Below are positions 21,739 to 29,709 of a stretch of 64,000 bases of DNA, piece after piece. The notes beneath the pieces are model-generated. The model was given only the letters and a program-made list of their open reading frames with translations. It did no database searches and was not told the DNA's origin. Both the position numbers and the translations under genes were made by a program. Position 1 is the first letter of the stretch. Every line of letters starts with the position of its first letter. Source of the DNA: a virus. The stretch lies in the IMG/VR virus record IMGVR_UViG_3300021964_000013; one strand, written 5' to 3'.

Positions 21739-22810
21739 AACATGGAACATATCAATCATTGGTTTAGGTAAGTTAGGTACCTCACTTTATGATGTCATTC
21801 GTGATAATAGTAACCATAAGTTATCATACTATGACATCACCAAAAAATATGATTCTTACGAGTTTCAGGATTTAGATGATGCAACCACAGGTAAAGACCT
21901 CATCTTTATTTGTGTATCAACACCACAACCCGAAGAATATGATGGATCTAAAGTGATAGATCAAAAAGAGTTAATTGGTTTTGACTACAATTACGATTCT
22001 GTAGATAATATACTCGATAACATAAAAGACACTGAAGTAGACGTAGTTATCACTTCAACAATTTCACCCGATAAGATAATAAGTATCTTCGAAGAGTACA
22101 ATCATTTAAATATAATCTATAACCCTTTTATGTTTGAAGGGGGTAACGAATACCAATCAATAAAAGATCAGAAAAACGTAATAATAGGTGGTTCTTCAGA
22201 ATCATATAAAAAACTTATTGATCTATATAAAGAGGTGGGTACTATTGGTCATGTGAATAAGGTTTCTCCTTTGGAGGCATCACTTATTAAGATGTTACAT
22301 AATTCTTACACATCATTGAGAATAAGTTTTGTTAATTCTGTTCAAAGACTAACGGACATTACCGGCGGAGACGCCCAAAATATTTTAGATAATCTTAAAA
22401 CGTTCCCACTATTTAATTCACCTAAATTTTTGAATGTTGGATTACCTTCAGGTGGTCCGTGCATCCCAAGAGATAGTATGGTTATTAGTGGTCATGATGT
22501 AAACAACGGTATATTTTCAAATATCGTAAATGAAAGGTTTAATCATGTAGAGTGGTTAACAAATAGAATTATTAAACACCTAAAAAAAACAAATAAGAAA
22601 GGGGTGTCGTTATTTGGATTGTCTTATAAGGTTGGTGTAGATAACCTAACCGGATCTTCTGCGGTTTTATTATATAATTCTTTAGTGAAACGAGGCATTA
22701 CCTGTCTGATTGATGAAGAAGATGACGATAGTTTGATTGTCCTATTAAACACCAACCATAAACCTAAATCAACACATTATGATGTGTGGAAAGATAGATT
22801 AATAGATTAA
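21731..22810 (+). CDS. UDP-glucose/GDP-mannose dehydrogenase family protein
   Basis: IIGLGKLG, FICVSTP, GGPCIPRD catalytic Cys, GLSYK. Confidence 0.88.
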   Translation: MIKTWNISIIGLGKLGTSLYDVIRDNSNHKLSYYDITKKYDSYEFQDLDDATTGKDLIFICVSTPQPEEYDGSKVIDQKELIGFDYNYDSVDNILDNIKDTEVDVVITSTISPDKIISIFEEYNHLNIIYNPFMFEGGNEYQSIKDQKNVIIGGSSESYKKLIDLYKEVGTIGHVNKVSPLEASLIKMLHNSYTSLRISFVNSVQRLTDITGGDAQNILDNLKTFPLFNSPKFLNVGLPSGGPCIPRDSMVISGHDVNNGIFSNIVNERFNHVEWLTNRIIKHLKKTNKKGVSLFGLSYKVGVDNLTGSSAVLLYNSLVKRGITCLIDEEDDDSLIVLLNTNHKPKSTHYDVWKDRLID

Positions 22811-22811
22811 A

Positions 22812-24020
22812 ATGACTAACGAAGAAGAATTCGACGGAAAACCATTCTGTGTTTTACCATTTATTCATTTAGCGACTCATCCCATAGGGACTGTTACACC
22901 ATGTTGTATCACTGATATGGAGAATGACATGAGTACTGCCAAAAAAGACGATCTGAATTTATTTTTAGATAAGGATTCACTCGAGGATATTGCAAACTCT
23001 AAAAACTTTAAAGAAGTAAGAAGAAAAATGATCTCAGGTGAATTCCCATCCGAATGTAAGACTTGTTACTTCTACGAGAAGAATAAAATTTACAGTAAGA
23101 GAATGGAGAGTAACTTAAAGTTCTCACATTTAATTGATGATGCAATTAAAAACACAGAAGAAGACGGTACAATAAAAAAGGTAAACTACAAATACATCGA
23201 ACTTAGGTTGGGGACTGTGTGTAATTTAAAATGTGTTACATGTAACCCTTTTAGTAGTAACAGATGGAATGAAGATGTTGATGCATTTAAAGACACCGAA
23301 TTTGAGAAAAATTACTTCAAATGTGATATAAGGACGGAGTGGTTTAGAAGTCATGGTTTTTATGACGAACTACTAACTAAGTGTGATGGGTTAGAAGAGG
23401 TTTGGATAAACGGTGGTGAACCAACCCTTATTAGGGAACACGCATACTTCTTAGAAAAATTGATTGAGGATGGGAGATCGAAAAATGTGAACCTACACTA
23501 CAGTATAAACATGTGGTCAATACCTGACAAATTCATAGAGATATGGAAAAAATTTAAACATGTCAGGTTACACCTATCAATCGATGACACTGAGGGTAGG
23601 AATGAATACATTAGACATGGTTCTAATTGGGGTAACATAATGAAAAACTTCCACAAGATCATGGATTATAAAGACATCTTTAGGTTGGAGATATGTCAAA
23701 CAGTTAGTTGTTTAAACGTTTACAATATCGATAACTTCAAACAATTTTTTAATCAATATGACATTGTAATCGCACACAACTACGTACATCACCCCTCTCA
23801 TCATCATGTGTCGATCATCCCTCAGGAAATGAAAGACGAGATCATCAATAATATAAAATACCTCAGAGAGGATGAGGTTGATCGTCTAAAGGCGGAACTA
23901 TTCAAAGAAAGTAGTCAAGAGGAGTTTGATAAATTTATAAGGTTCTCCAAGATACTTGATAACCAAAGAAAAAATAAAATGAGTGAGTTTTTACCCGAGT
24001 GGTCCAAATATGGACTATGA
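22812..24020 (+). CDS. Radical SAM protein with N-terminal twitch-like domain (CC subtype)
   Basis: CVLPF...PCC...CKTC; CNLKCVTC; NGGEP. Confidence 0.9.
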   Translation: MTNEEEFDGKPFCVLPFIHLATHPIGTVTPCCITDMENDMSTAKKDDLNLFLDKDSLEDIANSKNFKEVRRKMISGEFPSECKTCYFYEKNKIYSKRMESNLKFSHLIDDAIKNTEEDGTIKKVNYKYIELRLGTVCNLKCVTCNPFSSNRWNEDVDAFKDTEFEKNYFKCDIRTEWFRSHGFYDELLTKCDGLEEVWINGGEPTLIREHAYFLEKLIEDGRSKNVNLHYSINMWSIPDKFIEIWKKFKHVRLHLSIDDTEGRNEYIRHGSNWGNIMKNFHKIMDYKDIFRLEICQTVSCLNVYNIDNFKQFFNQYDIVIAHNYVHHPSHHHVSIIPQEMKDEIINNIKYLREDEVDRLKAELFKESSQEEFDKFIRFSKILDNQRKNKMSEFLPEWSKYGL

Positions 24021-25431
24021 GTTCAATTATCTTTTCGATAATTACGCCCATATTGAGATCATGGTTCTCGATAAATCAAGTGGTGTACATAAAGGACAGA
24101 GTAGGTTTGTTGACTATTATCCAAATGGGTTTGATATTGAATATTTCGAATCAAGATCCGGCATAAAACGAATCAATTCAAACGATTTAGATAAATACCA
24201 ATCCTATTTTAAAGTGTTAGTGAATGGGGACGTAATGAATCCAATATTCTATGAACCTATTGAGGGTGGTAGACTTATGAATACCGTCATGGGGTTTCGA
24301 ATAAGAGAAAAGGTTAAACTGACCCATGAGATAAAAGGGAAAAACATACCCTTTGTTTATGTGATTGACACCAACAATTCTAATGAATTTAAGATCTTAA
24401 GAATACCTGATGAAGTATTAGAAATGGTCCACGAAGGGTTAGGTGTAATTGCAATGCATACCGCATGTGAACCCTTTTCTTTAATACCTACTAAATTTTA
24501 TAATGAGTTAGTCTCATTTTCAAAAAAACATAAATTAAATAGGAGTAATTTTAAAGTTCTTTGTGGTGACCAAACACCACCGGATCTGTCCATCTCTGAT
24601 TTTGAGTTTGTACCTTATATGTATTTTTGGGACTTCCCATGGTTCATTAACATGAACACCGAAATAACCAAAGTTAGGAGAGACATACATACGGAGGAAA
24701 CACAAAATGACTTCAGAAAATTTGCACTCAAGAACACAAACCCAACTTTTGAAAGAAAATTCCTTTGTTACCAAAGAAGAGCACATCAACACCGAAGATT
24801 GATTACGTATGAGTTGATGAATGATGAGGTATTAAAAAGAGACACGTTCCTAAGTTTTTGGAATGAGGAAAGAACAAGATATCAATCCTATGAGATATAC
24901 GGTTACACCACAAAGGAGACCCACTTAATAAATGATTTTTTTAGTGGGTTTGTCGAGAATTTAACTTTTGATGACGTAGATATCACCGAAAATCAGGCAA
25001 TGACTATCGATCTTGGAATGCATAAAAAGACATTCCTATCAATTGTTTCTGAAACCAAAGTTAATGGTGAAGTGTTCTTCTCAGAAAAAACCTTCAAACC
25101 AATGTATTGTTTACAACCTTTTATTATGGTCAATAGTAATGGTAGTTTGAAACATTTAAGGGATAAAGGGTTTAAAACATTTAATGATTTTTGGGATGAA
25201 TCTTATGACGATGCACCAACATTTAAGGAGAAAATCCATAAAATCATGTCTATAATGAGAGATATAAATAAAATGGGTTATAATGAGCTAAAACAAATGT
25301 ATGTAGACATGGAACCAATTTTAGTACACAACTTCAATCACTTAACCTCTTTTAATTCTTTTAGGTTGGGTGAAATATTGGAAGACATACAACCCAAAAT
25401 ACCATATAAGGAATTTAATAAATTGATATGA
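24010..25431 (+). CDS. Putative glycosyltransferase, GT10-like C-terminal motif
   Basis: QRR..HR, IVSET...FFSEKTFKP...QPF...GFKTF...WDESYD; start set to ATG 24010. Confidence 0.55.
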   Translation: MDYEFNYLFDNYAHIEIMVLDKSSGVHKGQSRFVDYYPNGFDIEYFESRSGIKRINSNDLDKYQSYFKVLVNGDVMNPIFYEPIEGGRLMNTVMGFRIREKVKLTHEIKGKNIPFVYVIDTNNSNEFKILRIPDEVLEMVHEGLGVIAMHTACEPFSLIPTKFYNELVSFSKKHKLNRSNFKVLCGDQTPPDLSISDFEFVPYMYFWDFPWFINMNTEITKVRRDIHTEETQNDFRKFALKNTNPTFERKFLCYQRRAHQHRRLITYELMNDEVLKRDTFLSFWNEERTRYQSYEIYGYTTKETHLINDFFSGFVENLTFDDVDITENQAMTIDLGMHKKTFLSIVSETKVNGEVFFSEKTFKPMYCLQPFIMVNSNGSLKHLRDKGFKTFNDFWDESYDDAPTFKEKIHKIMSIMRDINKMGYNELKQMYVDMEPILVHNFNHLTSFNSFRLGEILEDIQPKIPYKEFNKLI

Positions 25432-26162
25432 GTAAAACGAATGTTGCGGTAGTCGGTTGTAGTCACTCATCGTTTTTATTTGGGAGACCTTACCACGATT
25501 ATTTAGATCCTAATAAATACAATGTGATTTCATCATCTTCACCGGGAGGTGGGAATGAAATGTTTATTGATAAATTATACCATATTTTGTCAAATAACGA
25601 TATTGACGTTGTTGTGGTTCAATTAACAGAACCCGCCCGACTTACTCAAGGTATAAGAGATTTTAATATTAATTACAATAAGATGTCTTTACCTCCGAAT
25701 CAAATGTACCACTCGGATCGTGAATTTGATGATGTATTGTATTATACCTTTAATATATACGATAATAACACTTATTTAACTTCACTACTAAACGAGGATG
25801 TTCAAGTAGATGATTTCATACTAAAAAATATAACCACAACGAGATATAATTTAAAGGTAAAAATCTTTCACACACTTCTATCAATTATAGGTTTATCTAA
25901 AATGTTCAACACAAAACTTTTTGTGTTTAGTTGGTTTGTGGAATTTGATGAATTACTTAAACAAAAAAACAGGGAAAATCATTATCAGGGAGTTTTAGAT
26001 AACATTGACTATGTTGTTGATAAATGTGTTGCGACTTACACACACGAAAAAAGAATATATGGTAAACCTGAGTTAGATTACCATTACAGTAGTGATCAAC
26101 ATAAAGATATTTTTGAGGGGTACTTCTATCCTCACTTTAATAAGTTTATAAATTCATTGTGA
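25428..26162 (+). CDS. SGNH/GDSL-like hydrolase or acyltransferase (GCS motif)
   Basis: VVGCSHS, GGGN, C-terminal DYHY...H. Confidence 0.55.
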   Translation: MSKTNVAVVGCSHSSFLFGRPYHDYLDPNKYNVISSSSPGGGNEMFIDKLYHILSNNDIDVVVVQLTEPARLTQGIRDFNINYNKMSLPPNQMYHSDREFDDVLYYTFNIYDNNTYLTSLLNEDVQVDDFILKNITTTRYNLKVKIFHTLLSIIGLSKMFNTKLFVFSWFVEFDELLKQKNRENHYQGVLDNIDYVVDKCVATYTHEKRIYGKPELDYHYSSDQHKDIFEGYFYPHFNKFINSL

Positions 26163-27028
26163 TGGGTAGAATATTTACGTTTGGTTGTAGTTTCACTTCC
26201 TATAATTGGATAACATGGGCGGACATTATATGTTATGGTAATAGAGGGATTAACTTAGGTCAAACAGGTGGTGGATACGATCAAATCTTAAATAAATTAA
26301 TTTGGGCAACAAATAAGTATAAAATTAATCAGAATGATACCGTTGTTATTATGTACCCTTCATTGATAAGGTGGGATATAAACAACCTCAGTGATGGTGA
26401 TAAAAAGGTTAGTACTTGGTCTTGTTGGGGTCAGACAACTTCATCTGAGTTGGTAAAGTATCAATACAGTCTTTGGACTGAAGAATCTCTAATCCATAGA
26501 AGTTTAAATACCATACTTGCAATTAAATCATTTTTAGAGGTAAATCAAATTCCTCATATAACCACCGCCATGTTCGACGTATTCAAATATACCGATAATT
26601 ACATAGGTGAGGGTGACGTGAACTCAGACATTAAAGATCACATGGAATATGTTAAGGGTGAATCACCATTAGATGTTATTGACTTTAAAAATTACTTAAT
26701 TCCTGAAAGTGATGAGTGGGATAGAAAAGGTATATACAAATTTGGTGGTGAGATTGATTACCACCCCACAATAATAGAACACGTGAATTGGTTAGATGAC
26801 ATATTAATACCAAGAATTGGGTATGATCGTGTTCTTGATGATAAAACCATTATTGAATTGGACGAGAAGGTAAAATCTATGTCGGAATTTAACCATGCCA
26901 GAGTAAATCATTTCTTCGAAAAGAAGACCAACCTTTTTTATCAAAAACAAGACACAAGAGTTTATTTTGATGATGAAGGTATTACCTATCCGAATCCTCA
27001 AAACGGTATATACTTTAATTTAAGATAA
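26159..27028 (+). CDS. SGNH/GDSL-like hydrolase or acyltransferase (GCS motif)
   Basis: FGCSFT, TWAD, NLGQTGGG, DYHPT...H. Confidence 0.6.
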   Translation: MMGRIFTFGCSFTSYNWITWADIICYGNRGINLGQTGGGYDQILNKLIWATNKYKINQNDTVVIMYPSLIRWDINNLSDGDKKVSTWSCWGQTTSSELVKYQYSLWTEESLIHRSLNTILAIKSFLEVNQIPHITTAMFDVFKYTDNYIGEGDVNSDIKDHMEYVKGESPLDVIDFKNYLIPESDEWDRKGIYKFGGEIDYHPTIIEHVNWLDDILIPRIGYDRVLDDKTIIELDEKVKSMSEFNHARVNHFFEKKTNLFYQKQDTRVYFDDEGITYPNPQNGIYFNLR

Positions 27029-27078
27029 CCATTTTCTTTTTCCCCATAAAAACGTATATTTTAAGTAATTACTAATAT

Positions 27079-28746
27079 ATGTTCACCATAGGGATTTCCG
27101 CTTATTATCATGATTCTGCTGCCTGTCTATTCAAGGATGGTAAATTAATATTTGCGTGCGAAGAAGAGAAATTTACGGGAATTAAACATGATAAGTCTTT
27201 CCCTAAAAAAACCATTGACTACATTTATTGGAAATATGGGGTTACTGACGAGAATTTGGAGACGGTGTGTTTTTATGAACAACCTAAACTAAAACACCAA
27301 AGAGTAGTAGAAACTGTCAAGAAAAATATTACCAAGAACCCATTCTTCTCTATTAGAATTCTTTATAAATCATTAAAGAACCTATATAACTTAAAGAAAA
27401 ATTTAAAATCCTTCAATAAGAAGGTTTTTTACAGTAAACACCACGATTCTCACATATATTACTCTTCCTATAGTTCACCATTCAAAAGTGGTTTAGTCGT
27501 CTCAATTGATGGTGTTGGTGAATATGAAACAACAACATTTGCCCCTTATTTTAGGGGGTCTAAACTCGAGGTGACGGGAGTATCCAAATACCCACATTCT
27601 TTAGGGTTATTTTATTCGGCAATGACATCTTATTTAGGTTTTAAACCGAATGAAGGTGAATATAAGGTCATGGGGTTGGGTGCGTATGGTAAAAGAACCC
27701 ACCTTAAAAACAAATTAAGTGAGATCATTTACTTTAATGATGGTGGAATACATTGTGACATGAAATATTTTGATTGGGACAAATCAGATAAAATCATGTA
27801 CAATAAGAACCTATATATTTTATTGGGAATACCCCCACGTTTACCCGACACCCAAATAAGTAAAGAACATAAAGACTTGGCCCGTGCGGTTCAGGAGGTA
27901 TACGAAGACGTACTCTTCTCATTTTTAAATTATTTAAGGGAATTACACAAAACACCCAACATCATGTTAGGTGGTGGATGTGCATACAACGGGTTGGCAA
28001 ATGGTAAGATACCATTTAGGACTAATTTTAGTAATATTTGGATACCACCATCACCCTCAGATTCGGGATCATCAATAGGGGCATGTATTAATTATTACGT
28101 GAATAAAGGAGTTGGAGTTAGTATACCAACAACACCTTTTTTGGGTCCATCCTTCAATGTCAATAAAGATTTCAAAAAGAAGATAAAACATTCAAAAAGT
28201 TTCTACGCCAATAATGACACAATTAATAGGATTATATCAAAAGAATTAAGTAGAGGTAAGGTTATAGGTTGGTTTAAAAATGAAATTGAGTTCGGTGCAA
28301 GAGCATTAGGAGGTAGATCAATTCTTGCCGATCCAAGGAATCCTAAAATGAAAAAAAGAATTAACGATTTAGTTAAAAAGAGAGAGGGATTTAGACCTTT
28401 CGCCCCGATGGTCACAAAAGAGAGACAAGCGGATTTTTTCGAATCTAATCAAAACATACCGTACATGAATCAAGTGATAAAGGTTAAGGAAGAATATCGA
28501 GATAAACTACCTGCAATTACTCATATTGATGGTACTGCCCGAGTCCAAACCGTTAGCAGGGACAACCCAATACATTCATTACTTAGGGAGTTTGAACAGA
28601 TAACCTCTTACCCAATCTTATTAAACACATCTTTCAATATAAAAGATAAAACAATGGTGTTGACACCTCAAGATGCTATGAAAACATTTGAAGAGGTTGA
28701 TATTGACATCCTAATATTACAGAATTTTATTATTTACAAACAATGA
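27079..28746 (+). CDS. Carbamoyltransferase (NodU/CmcH/TobZ family)
   Basis: HDSAA, HHDSH, DGVGE, EGEYKVMGL, EFGARALG.RS, FRPFAP, HIDGTARVQ, LLNTSFN. Confidence 0.95.
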   Translation: MFTIGISAYYHDSAACLFKDGKLIFACEEEKFTGIKHDKSFPKKTIDYIYWKYGVTDENLETVCFYEQPKLKHQRVVETVKKNITKNPFFSIRILYKSLKNLYNLKKNLKSFNKKVFYSKHHDSHIYYSSYSSPFKSGLVVSIDGVGEYETTTFAPYFRGSKLEVTGVSKYPHSLGLFYSAMTSYLGFKPNEGEYKVMGLGAYGKRTHLKNKLSEIIYFNDGGIHCDMKYFDWDKSDKIMYNKNLYILLGIPPRLPDTQISKEHKDLARAVQEVYEDVLFSFLNYLRELHKTPNIMLGGGCAYNGLANGKIPFRTNFSNIWIPPSPSDSGSSIGACINYYVNKGVGVSIPTTPFLGPSFNVNKDFKKKIKHSKSFYANNDTINRIISKELSRGKVIGWFKNEIEFGARALGGRSILADPRNPKMKKRINDLVKKREGFRPFAPMVTKERQADFFESNQNIPYMNQVIKVKEEYRDKLPAITHIDGTARVQTVSRDNPIHSLLREFEQITSYPILLNTSFNIKDKTMVLTPQDAMKTFEEVDIDILILQNFIIYKQ

Positions 28747-28862
28747 AGAGATTAATTAATTTTTTGAAAAGAATCTTTAGAAAAAAAACTAAAGAGGATA
28801 AAAAGTATAATGAAATAATGAAGGAATTAAAGAAACGTGATCCCTTCACATATAACCATTAA
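28743..28862 (+). CDS. Small basic protein, 39 aa (MKRLINFLKRIFRKK...KKRDPFTYNH)
   Basis: ATGA overlap with the carbamoyltransferase stop; not in the ORF track; PFxY tail. Confidence 0.65.
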   Translation: MKRLINFLKRIFRKKTKEDKKYNEIMKELKKRDPFTYNH

Positions 28863-28866
28863 AGAA

Positions 28867-29319
28867 ATGATTTATTGGATTACAGGACAGCCCTCATCGG
28901 GTAAAACAACTTTAGCATTACTACTAAAAAAACATTTAGAATTAGAGAAAAAAAACTTAAGGAAAGAGGTGTTCCACATTGATGGGGACGATTTAAGGAA
29001 TCTAAGTTCCAACAAAGACTATTCACCAATGGGTAGGGTTAATAACATTAGAAACGCACAAATGATTGCCAAATTCATACACAATAAAGATTGTGATGTG
29101 GTTGTTAGTTTGGTTGCACCGTTTTTAGACCTTAGAGAAGAATTTAAAATAGATTTGGGTGACAATATAGTTGAGATCTACACCCATACCACCGAAAAAC
29201 GTGAGAGAGACCACTTCCACGTAAAAGATTACGAACCACCAACCGAAAATTATATAGATATCGACACCACATTAGATTCTCCTGAAGAATCGTTATTGAA
29301 AATACTTAAACAATTATGA
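28867..29319 (+). CDS. cysC: Adenylyl-sulfate (APS) kinase
   Basis: WITGQPSSGKTT P-loop, IDGDDLR, YEPP; start set to ATG 28867. Confidence 0.85.
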   Translation: MIYWITGQPSSGKTTLALLLKKHLELEKKNLRKEVFHIDGDDLRNLSSNKDYSPMGRVNNIRNAQMIAKFIHNKDCDVVVSLVAPFLDLREEFKIDLGDNIVEIYTHTTEKRERDHFHVKDYEPPTENYIDIDTTLDSPEESLLKILKQL

Positions 29320-29657
29320 AAAAATACGCAATGTTCATCGGTAGATGGCAAACATGGCATTCGGGCCATGAATGGTTAATAAGACAACAATTAGATCGGG
29401 GAAAGAACTGTTGGGTTGCTATTAGAGATGTTGAGGTTGGTGAAAACAACCCTAAAACAGCACACGAGGTACTTATGAGCCTCAGTGAGGAACCATTCTT
29501 TAAAGAGAATAGTGATAGGATCCTACTATCTATTATTCCTGATATCGAATCCGTTAATTATGGAAGAGGGGTCGGTTATGAGGTCATTGAACACTTCCCC
29601 CCTGAGGATATAAAAGAAATTTCAGGAACTTCAATCAGAAATGCGAGTAAAAACTAA
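29316..29657 (+). CDS. Minimal HxGH nucleotidyltransferase, possibly an ATP sulfurylase
   Basis: GRWQTWHSGH and ISGTSIR; adjacent to APS kinase. Confidence 0.7.
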   Translation: MKKYAMFIGRWQTWHSGHEWLIRQQLDRGKNCWVAIRDVEVGENNPKTAHEVLMSLSEEPFFKENSDRILLSIIPDIESVNYGRGVGYEVIEHFPPEDIKEISGTSIRNASKN

Positions 29658-29677
29658 CTCACTATTGATTTATAAAG

Positions 29678-29684
29678 TATTTAT
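29678..29684 (+). promoter_or_regulatory. Putative late-promoter motif TATTTAT upstream of the giant fibre gene
   Basis: TATTTAT also precedes 484, 1591, 42411, 58339 and (minus strand) 62824. Confidence 0.5.
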
Positions 29685-29709
29685 CTAATAAGAAAAAAGT
29701 ACTTATTAG

